This document shows, piece by piece, positions 43,567-53,921 of a DNA stretch of 64,000 nucleotides. The translations under genes were made by a program, and so were the position numbers. The stretch covers positions 128,001 through 192,000 of the forward strand of contig CAXVYR010000004.1 in assembly GCA_963666975.2 (NCBI GenBank), written 5' to 3'. This DNA comes from Terriglobia bacterium (GTDB lineage Bacteria > Acidobacteriota > Terriglobia > 2-12-FULL-54-10). Numbering within the stretch: the stretch's first letter is position 1; each line of letters starts with the position of its first letter. Under the pieces are notes generated by a model. That model did no database searches. It saw only the letters and a list, made by a program, of their open reading frames with translations, and was not told the origin of the DNA.

Positions 43567-44789
43567 CAACCGGCGCTCTCGCGCTCGCTGTCGAGGTAGG
43601 CTGCCCAGTCATGCATCAAAATCCGCCGACGTTCAAAGAGGTCCGAGCGGGCGTAGGCCGCCTCGACCTTGTTCCGGACCACATGCGCCAGGGCCGCCTC
43701 GATCACCTCTCGTGGATGATTCGTCTCCTCGGCCGCCCAGTCGCGGAAACTGGAGCGGAAACCGTGCGGCACGGCGGAGATCTTTAAGTCCTTTAGCAAT
43801 CCCGACAGCATCATGTCGCTGAGTTGCTTTCCTTGCTGCACGCTCGGGAACAGCAGCGGGCCGCCGCCTTCGCCCAGCGTCCGGGCCGCGTCGAGAATCT
43901 CTATGGCACGGCGGCACAGCGGCGCCCGCTGCTCGCGATTCGCCTTCATCCGCGTGGCCGGAATCGTCCACACACCCTCGTCCCGATCGATCTCCGTCCA
44001 CACCGCCCCACGCACCTCACCGGACCGCGCCGCCGTCAGCACCAGGAACTCGAACGCCAGCTTCACGACCGGCCTCGCATTCGATGCCCGGATCGTCTCG
44101 ATGGCCGCCGGCACCTCCCGGTGGGGCAATGTCCGCATGTGCTGCACAACACCGTGTTGGGCACCGAGCACCGGCACCACCCGGTCACAGGGGTTGTCGA
44201 TACGAAATTCCATCGCCACGACCCATTCCAACACCGCGCGCATGCGCTGCTGGACGCAACGGGCCATGACCGCCTTCCGGTGCCAGATGGGCGTGAGGAT
44301 CTCCAGCACATCGGCACTGCTCACTTCTGAGACCGGCATCTTGCCGATCCGCGGAAAAGCGTAGCGTTCCAGGCTGCTCAGCCAGTCCCTCGGGTGAGTC
44401 GAACTACGCCAGCCGGCCTGCTTCTGTTGCAGCACGCGCGCAGCAGCTTCGGCGAAGCTGGGCACGCCCTGGGCGCGGCGTTTCTCTGCCAGCGGGTCAC
44501 CGCCCTCGCGGGCTAGCTTGCGATTGGTCAATGCCTTTTCGCGAGCCTCGGCGAGCGAGACCAGTGCGACACTGCCGAGTCCGAGCTCGCGGCGTCGGCC
44601 TCGGATGATGAGACGTTGAATCCAGCTCCGGGTTCCGCTAGGCTGGACGAAGAGGTACAGCCCGTTGCCGTCAGCGTGTCTTCCCACTCCGGCTGAGCGC
44701 ACGAAGGAGGCCGATAGGACCTTGTCGGGATGGCGGCCTTTGGGCTTGGTTTTTGGTGGTAGGCTGACTGTCTTGATTACAGCAATCAT
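43566..44789 (-). CDS. Tyrosine integrase, P4/IntA-like, with arm-binding domain
   Basis: ADGNGLYL..RELGLG..SLAEAR (DUF4102); catalytic LTAARSGE, RMK, HGFRSSF, LAH and AY. Confidence 0.95.
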   Translation of the reverse strand: MIAVIKTVSLPPKTKPKGRHPDKVLSASFVRSAGVGRHADGNGLYLFVQPSGTRSWIQRLIIRGRRRELGLGSVALVSLAEAREKALTNRKLAREGGDPLAEKRRAQGVPSFAEAAARVLQQKQAGWRSSTHPRDWLSSLERYAFPRIGKMPVSEVSSADVLEILTPIWHRKAVMARCVQQRMRAVLEWVVAMEFRIDNPCDRVVPVLGAQHGVVQHMRTLPHREVPAAIETIRASNARPVVKLAFEFLVLTAARSGEVRGAVWTEIDRDEGVWTIPATRMKANREQRAPLCRRAIEILDAARTLGEGGGPLLFPSVQQGKQLSDMMLSGLLKDLKISAVPHGFRSSFRDWAAEETNHPREVIEAALAHVVRNKVEAAYARSDLFERRRILMHDWAAYLDSERESAG

Positions 44790-44795
44790 CCCACC

Positions 44796-44824
44796 ATTAT
44801 AAATGGGATGACCGTGGATTTCAA
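44796..44824 (-). promoter_or_regulatory. sigma70 promoter of the integrase (leaderless)
   Basis: TTGAAA-N17-TATAAT-N6-ATG; the -10 is bracketed by the CATCCCA/TGGGATG inverted repeat. Confidence 0.7.
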
Positions 44825-44936
44825 GGGAAGTAGTGGGCAATAAAATGTGCGTCAGTATTCATATATCTAATTGAATATATAGATAGTTATAAACTCTCCT
44901 GGACGATTATGGATGTTGTTGGATTCTGATAGATGG

Positions 44937-45137
44937 CTGTAGGGCAGTCAGCCATTGCTCCTCGGCCTCGGCGTAGAGACCTTGCTCATAGGCCTCGGTT
45001 CCGGTGTCGTTATATCTCTCCCACATCGCGCCGCGGCATGCTTGCGTAGAGGCCAGCAGCATACACAGAACTCCTGCCTGCCACAGATGGGTTCGGGCGT
45101 TCATATCCTCTGCCTCCTTTGCCTCCTTTAGCTTCAT
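44937..45137 (-). pseudogene. TPR protein, 5' part with signal peptide
   Basis: MNARTHLWQAGVLCMLLA..WERYN..G..AYEQG.YAEAEEQWLTALQ ends at the att core. Confidence 0.85.
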
Positions 45138-45214
45138 CTGGTGGCTTCATCCATATTTAGGGATGCAAAAGCTTGGCGGGACTTAGGCGGGCAAACAGGT
45201 GTGCAGCGGCGGGA

Positions 45215-45571
45215 CTAAACCCACTCCAAAGCGCCCTTTTTGTAGACCCAGATGTAGCCGGCGATCAAGATGGCCAGGAAAATCCCCATCTCAAGCAGGC
45301 CAAACAGCCCCAGTACTTTGAACTGCACAGCCCAAGGAAACAGGAAGATGGTTTCCACTTGGAAAATGACAAAGAGGATGGCGACGATGTAGAAGCGAAC
45401 GGTGTATCGCCCTCGAGAGTCCGATGCCGGGTCGATGCCGCACTCATAGGGCATGAGCTTCGCTTTGAAGGGAGCGTCCGGCCGCACCAGCTTGGCTGCC
45501 AGCAGGGTGACTACTGGAAAGAGAGTGGCAATAATCAGAAAAATGACAACGGGGATGTATTCAGAAGGCAC
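45215..45571 (-). CDS. nuoA: NADH-quinone oxidoreductase subunit A
   Basis: KLMPYECG, RFYIVAILFVIF.VE..FLFPWA, KKGALEW; GTG start. Confidence 0.93.
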   Translation of the reverse strand: MPSEYIPVVIFLIIATLFPVVTLLAAKLVRPDAPFKAKLMPYECGIDPASDSRGRYTVRFYIVAILFVIFQVETIFLFPWAVQFKVLGLFGLLEMGIFLAILIAGYIWVYKKGALEWV

Positions 45572-45722
45572 AGTCTCGCTCCCTGACGTTCGGTAATCGT
45601 GAGCGCCATTGTAACACAACTTTTGCCGGCCCAACTCCCGGCAGTTTTTCAACACCTCTCTGACACTATTTTCAACTCAGCAGAACCACCATGTTTTTCC
45701 GCGCAAGCCCTTCTGTCAGTTC

Positions 45723-47555
45723 TCAGTGCCGGTGCGCCATCGGCGCCGACAAGACCACGAGGTTCAACACCGTGTAAGCGATGGCGAAAAGCATAATCGG
45801 CAAAGCCGTGCGAAAAGCCAGCCGGGACTGGGCGGTATTCCGCCGCGCCACAGTAACTCCCACCCGAAAAGCCAGGAAGAGGCCGCCGGCCAATGCCAGC
45901 CATTGCAGTGTAAACAGCGTGTTCGGCGCGATGGAGGATGCAGCCGCGGCCGTTGAGGCCGATGCCAAAGACTCCCAACCTGTGTATTGCGCCACCGCGT
46001 TCTTCACGCCGGTCCACATAGCGCCTCCCTCTCCGAACAGGTGGTGAAAATTATGCGCCGCGTGCAAACCCAGGCCCAGCGGAAGGAACGCGTAAGCGTA
46101 GGTGCGAAACGTCCGAAAGATGTCGCCGCGAAACTCCTCGCGGGGCGCTCCCAGATAGGAAACCAACCCCACCAGCAGAACGGGAACGATCAGTCCCAGC
46201 ATCACAAAGATCAGCGTGTAGAGAACCGGGCCCGGCGCCATGCCCAGCCATCTGCCGGCAGCCGCCTCCCATCCCGTCCATGCATTCAGCATCACCAAAG
46301 TCTGCAACAAAGCGACGCCCAGCACGGCCGCCACCGTCGAGGCCTCATCCAATGACTTGCGATGCGAATGGAACTCACCCAGGTCGGCGCCGAACGACTG
46401 AGTCTGAAGAGTGATATTGTCGTTGGGGCACGCCCGAACGCAATCCAGGCACATGTTGCACTCCGCGTTGCGGTCCATCGTGGGAGCGAACTCAAACCAG
46501 GCGCAAGATTGGTAGCAATCCTTGTGGGGGCATTCCTGCTGGCAGAGGTTCTTGTCCTTTACGCCGATCCGCACCGGAGCCGTCATGGCATACAGACCGA
46601 AGATGCCGCCCAGCGGACAGACATAGCGGCAGAAGGTCCGTTTCTGATAGATCACCGCCAGCGTGACCGCTCCCAGGGTCAGCCCCAACCCCAGTCATGC
46701 TGTTCCGAATGGCCAGCGGTCCAGAGCCCACAGGGTTGTGGCCCAAGTGAGCGCCAGGAACAGTCCCACGCGCCACCACATATTCTTCAGTATCTTGGGA
46801 GCTTTCAACTGGAAGCTGAAGATTTTTTGTGCCAGGTCGCCCACCCAGCCAAACGGACAGGCCATGCACCAGATGCGCCCCAGCAAGATAAAGGTAAAAA
46901 TGATCGCCGGCCACCACAGAATCCATGTCAGCAGGATCGCCGGGTTGCTGGTGTTCTGTTCCCCGAACAGACCGGCAAGCACAACAAACGTAAAAATTAA
47001 AGCCGTCGGGGCAACCAACAAGGCCGGGAAATGCTTCCACCGCACGAGCTTGCCGATTACAGGCCACTTTAACAGATCGCTTCCCTGCGCGTGTGGTTCC
47101 GCCGCTCCTGGACGGAGCGAGCGCCATGCTGAATACATCAGCGCGGCGGCTATCGCAAAGGTCAAAAGCAGCAGCAATCGCACGACTCCCGGAGTGGGAA
47201 TGATACCGCCATGTTCGTGGTCCATTTCTCCGGCGTCGGCAGTCATCCCGGCCGAGGTCTCCTCGCTCATATTCATATCGTGCATAGTCAGCCTCAGAGC
47301 AAATCGCGGGGCCAAAGAGTCCCGGGAAGGCGAGCGGAGATCGTGCTGAGGGGCGGCCTGTCCGTTTTGGACAACCATCATGCTGGCGGCAACAGCCGCC
47401 GCAGTATTTTTCTGGGCCGTGTCTTTCTGAGTCGCGTCATGCGCAGCCAGAAAATCGGTCCCGACAAGACAGATCACCAGAAGAACCCCAGCCAGCAACG
47501 CCCTGGCCGGCCGTAACTGAAACATTAACTGAGCACTTCTATTGAGCCGATACAT
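45723..47555 (-). pseudogene. Membrane polyferredoxin (NapH/FixG-like 4Fe-4S binding) with an in-frame TGA at 46695-46697
   Basis: GRIWCMACPFG, FCRYVCPLG, CNMCLDCVRACP; the two ORFs share a frame; His/Met-rich N-terminal region. Confidence 0.8.
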
Positions 47556-47631
47556 CGGGCCTCCTTCGTGAGCAGGGAGTCCGAACAGCCCTGCTTGAAA
47601 TAACAGGAGTTTTTATTTTGGGGAATCGGGA

Positions 47632-48096
47632 TCAGCCCCGATGTCTCGGAGGATGAAAGGGAGGAAGGAGAAAATTTTCCGCGGGCCGGATGTCTTCCGG
47701 CAGAGAAGTCACCGAAACCTGCGCCAGCGGCAGATGGACGACCGTGACAGAAATCCTCAGGAATTGTGACGAAGTTAAGGCCAAATCAGCGAAAAGATCT
47801 TTACAATGCTGAAAGTAATGCCCGCTGTCCTCGCTTTCCGGCACGGACTCCGATTCCTGGTGATGTTGTTGCTGGTGCTGGCGCGAGTGAGCGGAAGTTG
47901 CGCCGCGGGAATGCGCGGAGGTTGCCTCGTGCGAGTGATTGGGAACCAAACACTCCAGCGGATTAAGTTCGTCAGTCAGATAGAAACGGCTTATTTGAAA
48001 GCTGAACAAAACCATCACTACTAGAGCAATGGTCCGTTGGAACACAGGGCTGGCCGAATCACCCCTGAGAAGGTTAATCTGGAGCAACGGCAGCAT
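47632..48096 (-). CDS. His-rich hypothetical protein ending PFHPPR
   Basis: N-terminal hydrophobic segment, His tracts and a C-terminal HPP motif, typical of small proteins preceding metal-handling genes. Confidence 0.55.
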   Translation of the reverse strand: MLPLLQINLLRGDSASPVFQRTIALVVMVLFSFQISRFYLTDELNPLECLVPNHSHEATSAHSRGATSAHSRQHQQQHHQESESVPESEDSGHYFQHCKDLFADLALTSSQFLRISVTVVHLPLAQVSVTSLPEDIRPAENFLLPPFHPPRHRG

Positions 48097-48744
48097 TTCC
48101 GACCCCCCGCTTGCGACTCTTCTGGACTATTGACTTACCGGTGACTTACCGGAAGAGCAAGCCGCAGACACATGCCTCCCTGAACCAGCACGGCGATATC
48201 GCCACAATCGTATAACAACCTGTTGAAGTGCAATCCGGAGACCAAACTCCGGGTACCTTATAAGCAACAAAACAAGAACCAGCGAATGCGCGGAACCTCC
48301 TCTGGCTGTTGCCTATGGACCCTGGCGGAGCAAAATTGCTTCTCTCCGTGATGAGTTTTGCTTGTAGAGATTCCCCAACGGCTGGGTGAAATGCCCCTAA
48401 ACTACAGCTTGAGGAGAGCCTTTCAGAACTTCACCTCTCCGCGCAGCCAGCAACATTCCATATGCTGTGGAGTTGACAGAACAACAAGTTCCCTCCAAAC
48501 AAACGACGGAGAATACTTTATGGAATAGAACATGCAATGGGTAGCCTTGCGCATCCATAGGGGGGGTAACTATAATCCAGTTGAGTTTCCCCAGCGGCGG
48601 GTTTCCTGGCACGGAGCAAAGGACCGTAGAAACCAAGGAACCCTCGAAACTTATGATGAGTTCTCCACAGCTTGGGCATGCCGCATTCCTAAACCTTCCA
48701 CCTGTCATCCAGCGTGCGAAGAAATCCAGTGAGGGGTTACCGCT

Positions 48745-49899
48745 ATGGATTTTGATCTGAACGAAGAGCTGCAATCCATCCAACAAGCCGCGCGGGAGTT
48801 TGCTGAAAAGGAAGTCGCCCCTACGGTGGATGAGGACGACCGGGAACATCGTTTCCGCAAGGACTTGGTTCAAAAAATGGGCGAACTGGGATTCTTTGGC
48901 TGCGTAATCCCGGAAGAGTATGAAGGCACGAACTCCGGGTTTGTCTCCCTGGTCGTCATTACGGAAGAGCTGGCGCGCATTCACAGCTCTTTGCGGGTGG
49001 CGATGAATATGCAGATCGGCCCTGCCCGAACGATTGTCGAGTACGGCAACGAGGAGCAGAAAAAGCGCTTCGTTCCCAAAATCGTCACCGCAGAATGGAT
49101 CAGCTGTTTTGCCATCACCGAGCCGGACGCGGGCTCGGACGTGGCGGCCATGCGGACCCGCGCCACTCTGGAGGGAGATCATTACGTTCTGAACGGCAAC
49201 AAGACATGGATCTCCAACGCCCAGGTGGCAGACGTAGCGCTGGTCTATGCCTACACGGACCCGGAAAAGAAGCACCGTGGCATGTCGGCCTTCATGGTGG
49301 ACATGCACCAGCCCGGCGTCACCTCCAAACCGCTTGCCGAAAAACTGGGGGTGAACGCTTCCCCTACGGGAGAATTATTCTTCGACAACTGCAAGGTGCC
49401 GAAGGAAAATCTGATCGGAAAGGAAGGAGAAGGTTTCAAAATCTGCATGGCGGAGCTGAACCACACGCGGCTCTCCTGCGGGGCCGGAGCCGTCGGCGTG
49501 GCACGCGCCTGCCGCGAGGCGTCGGTCTCCTACGCCAATCAGCGGGTCCAGTTCGGCCAGAAGATCGGGGAGTTTCAGATGATCCAGGACATGATCGCGC
49601 AGATGGTGGTGCAAGAGGAAGCCGCCCGTCTTCTGCTGTACCGCGCCGGCACGCTGAAGGACCAGGGCCGCCCCAACAATCTGGAAACCTCTATCGCAAA
49701 GTATTACGCCGGAGAGGTCGTCGCCTATTCATCCGACTGCGCCCTGAAGATATACGGAGCCTACGGCTATTCCAAGGAGTATCCCGTGGAGCGTTACTTC
49801 CGTGATTCCCGTTCCTATCAAATCGTGGAAGGCTCGGCGAATATCCAAAAGGTGATCATCGCGCAAGATGCTCTAGGATACCGCAAGGCCAACCGGTAG
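48745..49899 (+). CDS. Acyl-CoA dehydrogenase
   Basis: FAITEPDAGSD, LNGNKTWISN, RVQFG, GAYGY..EYPVER, IVEGS. Confidence 0.95.
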   Translation: MDFDLNEELQSIQQAAREFAEKEVAPTVDEDDREHRFRKDLVQKMGELGFFGCVIPEEYEGTNSGFVSLVVITEELARIHSSLRVAMNMQIGPARTIVEYGNEEQKKRFVPKIVTAEWISCFAITEPDAGSDVAAMRTRATLEGDHYVLNGNKTWISNAQVADVALVYAYTDPEKKHRGMSAFMVDMHQPGVTSKPLAEKLGVNASPTGELFFDNCKVPKENLIGKEGEGFKICMAELNHTRLSCGAGAVGVARACREASVSYANQRVQFGQKIGEFQMIQDMIAQMVVQEEAARLLLYRAGTLKDQGRPNNLETSIAKYYAGEVVAYSSDCALKIYGAYGYSKEYPVERYFRDSRSYQIVEGSANIQKVIIAQDALGYRKANR

Positions 49900-49993
49900 A
49901 ATAAGCCGAGTCCAGCCGGCTAGAAAACCAATCGCCCTGCGGCTGCCCGGCCAGCTGCCCATCAGCCAGGCGCCAGCCAGGAGGAGAACATCT

Positions 49994-51547
49994 GTGAGTA
50001 CAATGGACGAAAAAGTATCGGAGTTGCTCGCGCGCAAGCAGAAGCTCAGAGCGGGCGGAGGCCCCAAGGCCGTTGAGAAGCAGCACGCCAGCGGAAAACT
50101 GACCGCGCGCGAACGCCTCGACTATTTCTTCGACCCCGGCACCTTTGTCGAGTTTGATCTTTTTGCCAAGCATATCGGAACCGACTATGGATTGGACAAG
50201 GCCGAGTTGCCCGCCGACGGCGTGATTACAGGACACGGCAAGGTAGCCGGGCAGGATATCTTCGCCTACTCGGAGGACTTCACCGTCGTCGCGGGAACCT
50301 ACGGAGAGCGCCACGGCAAGAAGATATCCAAAACAGTGGACATGGCCCGCAAGATGGGTGTTCCCTTGGTGGGAATGAACGATTCGGGCGGCGCACGCGT
50401 CACCGAGGAGATGGGAGCGCTGAGCGAGTACGGCCAGCTCTTCTTCCGTCATGTCCGCACCTCGGGCGTGGTTCCTCAAATCGCCCTGATCCTGGGGCCG
50501 GTGGCGGGCGGCCAGGCCTACTCCCCTGCCCTGATGGACTTCATCTTCATGGTGGAAAAAACAAGCTATATGTTCATCGCGGGCCCGCCGCTGGTCGAGG
50601 CCGTTGTTTTCACCAAGACCACCAACGAGGAGCTGGGAGGACCGGCGGTCCACGGCACCGTCAGCGGCGTCTCAGACCTCACCGCCGCCGATGATAAAGA
50701 TTGTTTGGACCGGACCAAGGCCCTGCTGAGTTATCTGCCTCCCAACTGCAATCAACAACCGCCCCGGCGCGAGCCGAGCGACGACCCGCAGCGGCCGTGC
50801 CCCGAACTGCGAAAAATTATTCCTGCCGAACCTCGCCAGTTCTATGACATTCACGACGTGATCTCCCAATTGGTGGACAACGGCGAATTCTTCGAGATCA
50901 AAAAAGAATACGCCCTCAACCTGGTGGTGGGCTTTGCGCGCCTCAACGGCCGCCCGGTGGGCGTGGTGGCCAACAATCCCAAAGTCAAGGCGGGATGTCT
51001 CGACGTCAATGCCTCCGACAAGGGCGCCCGATTCATTCGCTTCTGCGACGCCTTCAGCATTCCGCTGATTAATCTTCAGGACATCCCCGGCTTTCTGATC
51101 GGAAACGATATGGAGCACAAAGGCATCATCCGCCACGGGGCCAAGATGCTGTTCGCCTACGCCGAAGCCACCGTGCCCAAGATCACTACGATCTTGCGCA
51201 AGGCTTACGCGGGCGGCTATCTCGCCATGTGCAGCAAGGACCTGGGCGCCGATTTCGTCTTTTCCATCCCCACGGCGGAAGTTTGCCTGATGGGGCCGGA
51301 AGGAGCCGTAAATATCCTGTTCCGCAAGGAACTCAGCGCCGCGAAGGACCCCAAGGCGACGCGACAGCAGCGCTTGGGAGAGTTCTTCGACAAATACGTA
51401 AACCCGTACTACTCGGCGGCCCTCCAGCACGTCGATGACATCATCGACCCCCAGGATATGCGCTCCACCATCATCCGGGCATTAGAAGTAAGTCTGAACA
51501 AGCAGGACGAGCTGCCCCGCAAAAAGCACGGCAACATGCCGCTCTGA
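49994..51547 (+). CDS. Acyl-CoA carboxylase beta / decarboxylase alpha (carboxyltransferase)
   Basis: GKLTARER, DSGGAR, GIIRHGAK, RKAYAGG, KKHGNMPL. Confidence 0.93.
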   Translation: MSTMDEKVSELLARKQKLRAGGGPKAVEKQHASGKLTARERLDYFFDPGTFVEFDLFAKHIGTDYGLDKAELPADGVITGHGKVAGQDIFAYSEDFTVVAGTYGERHGKKISKTVDMARKMGVPLVGMNDSGGARVTEEMGALSEYGQLFFRHVRTSGVVPQIALILGPVAGGQAYSPALMDFIFMVEKTSYMFIAGPPLVEAVVFTKTTNEELGGPAVHGTVSGVSDLTAADDKDCLDRTKALLSYLPPNCNQQPPRREPSDDPQRPCPELRKIIPAEPRQFYDIHDVISQLVDNGEFFEIKKEYALNLVVGFARLNGRPVGVVANNPKVKAGCLDVNASDKGARFIRFCDAFSIPLINLQDIPGFLIGNDMEHKGIIRHGAKMLFAYAEATVPKITTILRKAYAGGYLAMCSKDLGADFVFSIPTAEVCLMGPEGAVNILFRKELSAAKDPKATRQQRLGEFFDKYVNPYYSAALQHVDDIIDPQDMRSTIIRALEVSLNKQDELPRKKHGNMPL

Positions 51548-51564
51548 GCAGGCTGCGCATCACT

Positions 51565-51652
51565 GGCAAGACTAGCGGCTCGCGCGGGCAAGACTAGCGG
51601 CTCGCGCGGGCAAGACTAGCGGCTCGCGCGGGCAAGGCTGGCGGCTCGCGCG
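51565..51652 (+). repeat. 22-bp tandem repeat x4
   Basis: GGCAAGACTAGCGGCTCGCGCG x3 plus one variant copy; no spacers. Confidence 0.9.
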
Positions 51653-51796
51653 GCTGCGGAGACCTCAACTCCTCTATCTCTAGAGGAACCCTTCTGCAGG
51701 AAGCCCATTGGTGGTAGTATGAGTGGCTTGCTCGCACTCGTGCTGGCGCGTTGCCTGCAATATTATTCATCGAAAGACCCTCATGAAGGAGAGCCC

Positions 51797-52012
51797 ATGG
51801 CAGAATCGGTGACGGCACCCATGGTTGGGAAGGTGTTCGAAATTCAGTGTAAGGTCGGTGATAAGGTGGAAGAGAATCAGGTGCTTCTGATTCTGGAAGC
51901 CATGAAGATGGAGATCCCCGTGGTAGCCCCCGTGGCGGGCACAGTCAAAGAGATCAAGGTCGCGGTGGGAGCTACCGTGGAGTCAGATTCGGTCCTCGCC
52001 ATCCTGGAGTAA
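51797..52012 (+). CDS. Biotin carboxyl carrier protein
   Basis: EAMKME motif, 71 aa. Confidence 0.93.
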   Translation: MAESVTAPMVGKVFEIQCKVGDKVEENQVLLILEAMKMEIPVVAPVAGTVKEIKVAVGATVESDSVLAILE

Positions 52013-52131
52013 TGCGATCCCTGGCGGAAGACGACAAGACCCAGGACGGCTGTAGCGCCACAGACAGGACGTCTCGTTAACACGACAACCGGAAAGAATG
52101 GATCGCCGTGCCACCCAGCAAGGAGAATGGG

Positions 52132-52266
52132 ATGAAGGTGCTTGTAAATCTGATCTACGACCCTGAGGACAAAGGCTGCGTGGCGGACGTGCCTCAATTG
52201 CCTGGTTGCATGTCCCAAGACAAAACGGTAGCGGCGGGGAGAATAATTTCATGCGCGTGCACTTAG
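52132..52266 (+). pseudogene. HicB-like antitoxin fragment
   Basis: MKVLVNLIYDPEDKGCVADVPQLPGCMSQDKT; AAGGAG SD; truncated. Confidence 0.65.
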
Positions 52267-53840
52267 TCAATCCGAACCACTTGTCCTTTGGCGTAGCCGT
52301 GATTACGCCGCGGTGGCTTTTTGTCATTGCGGCTGCTACGCCGCGTTCCTTCGGAGACCCCGTGATTGTTGACGAATCGCTGGAGCAGATCGACTCCGCG
52401 CTGATTCAACCGGGCGACGTGGTGGGAATTGGGATCCACAGCGGCAATGCCCAGCGCGGCTACGAAGTCGGGCGGATCGCTCGCGAGCGCGGGGCCTATG
52501 TAATCTTCGGGGGAATTCATCCCAGCCTTTACCCGGAGGAAGCCTACGAGTTGGGAAGCGCGCATGCGGTGGTGAAGGGCGACGGAGACGTCATTTGGCC
52601 GAAGGTGGTGGCCGACTGCGCCAACGGGGGACCGCAGCGCTCCTATGAGGGGGGGCATATCGAGGCGGACCAGTTCCTGCCGGCGCGCTGGGATTTGTTG
52701 CGGCGCAATAGCTACATGTGGGCTTCGGTGCAGACCGTGCGCGGATGCCCCAAACACTGCTCGTTTTGTTCGGTGTGGCGCACGGACGGCCAACGCCCCC
52801 GCCAGCGCGCCTCGGATGCGATCATCCGGGAAATTGTCGAGCTGCGCCGCATGGGATTTTGCTTCATTGCTCTCGCGGACGACAACTTCTATCCGGTCAC
52901 GCTCGAAGACCTGAAGCTGGCCGAGCAACAGAATGATCACCATCGGCTGAGCGAGTTGCAGGCGATGCGCGAAGAGAGATTCGAATTCATGGCGCGCCTG
53001 GCCGAGCTACCCAAGGGCATGGTGTTCTTCACGCAAATCACTATGGAGGCGGCGGAAGACCCCGACTTCCTCGATGCCATGTGCAAGGCCCGGATCAAGG
53101 GAGCGCTGGTGGGGGTGGAATCGGTCACCCCGGAAGGGCTGAAGGCCGTCTTCAAGGAGTTCAACTCCGCGGGCGAGAGCCTGGTGCGCCGGCTCCGCAC
53201 TTTCCGGGAACACGGCGTGCACGTCTTGGGCTCCTTCATCTTCGGATTGCCCACCGACCGGCCGGACACTTTTGAGCTCACCGCGGCGCTGGCGGAGGAG
53301 GCCGGCATAGCGGTCGCGCAGTTCGTGCTGTTGACCCCGTTCCCGGGAACCGTGGATTTCCAGCGCTGGGAAAAGAAAATGGAGAACGATCCCACTCGGA
53401 TTGCAGGCGTTCCTCTGACCCGTTACTGGCTGATTCCGCAAGCTCTTCGACCGAAGATGTATATGTCTCATCCGGTGATGTCCGGCGATGAGATCCGCTG
53501 GCGCACCCAGGGGGTATGGGACAATTTTTATCGGTTGCCCTCGATCTGGAAGCGATCCAGTTTCCTCAAGTCTCTGCGCAGCCGGCTTGCCTTTACATTG
53601 CTTTCAAAACTCTACCGGCAGATGTACGCCAATACCGGAATCGCCACCGACAGCGCCCGGGTAAACCGCTCGGCTCAGTGGGCGCGGTGGCTGGCGAAAC
53701 CCTGCCAGCGATTGTTTCAGGCTGCGCCCATGCCGGAGTTACAAATACCGGAGGGGGCGTCGGAGAGGCCGGCCCGGTTGACCCAGCCTTTGATCGAGTT
53801 AGGCCAGTCGGCTGAACCAAGCCGGGAGTATCCAGCCTGA
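52251..53840 (+). CDS. B12-binding radical SAM protein
   Basis: FGGIH, GDGD, RGCPKHCSFC, DDNF. Confidence 0.92.
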   Translation: MRVHLVNPNHLSFGVAVITPRWLFVIAAATPRSFGDPVIVDESLEQIDSALIQPGDVVGIGIHSGNAQRGYEVGRIARERGAYVIFGGIHPSLYPEEAYELGSAHAVVKGDGDVIWPKVVADCANGGPQRSYEGGHIEADQFLPARWDLLRRNSYMWASVQTVRGCPKHCSFCSVWRTDGQRPRQRASDAIIREIVELRRMGFCFIALADDNFYPVTLEDLKLAEQQNDHHRLSELQAMREERFEFMARLAELPKGMVFFTQITMEAAEDPDFLDAMCKARIKGALVGVESVTPEGLKAVFKEFNSAGESLVRRLRTFREHGVHVLGSFIFGLPTDRPDTFELTAALAEEAGIAVAQFVLLTPFPGTVDFQRWEKKMENDPTRIAGVPLTRYWLIPQALRPKMYMSHPVMSGDEIRWRTQGVWDNFYRLPSIWKRSSFLKSLRSRLAFTLLSKLYRQMYANTGIATDSARVNRSAQWARWLAKPCQRLFQAAPMPELQIPEGASERPARLTQPLIELGQSAEPSREYPA

Positions 53841-53921
53841 CGCTATAGCGCTGCGACACTAAAGAGCAGCGCCGATTCGAGAAGCGAATGGCCAAACGGT
53901 GGAGGGGGAAGGCAACCCAGA

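Larger units (their letters stand above)
31917..44950 (-). mobile_element. Tyrosine-integrase integrative element inserted in the TPR gene
   Basis: Direct repeat CTGYAGGGCAGTCA at 31917-31930 and 44937-44950; integrase at one end; the flanks rejoin in frame as EEQWLTALQEAESF. Confidence 0.88.

Noticed and set aside
46695-46697. Genetic-code reassignment or selenocysteine
   Set aside because: Many intact genes here end in TGA, the context suggests Trp rather than Cys, and no SECIS is evident.
51565-51652. CRISPR array
   Set aside because: Head-to-tail 22-mers with no spacers and no cas genes.
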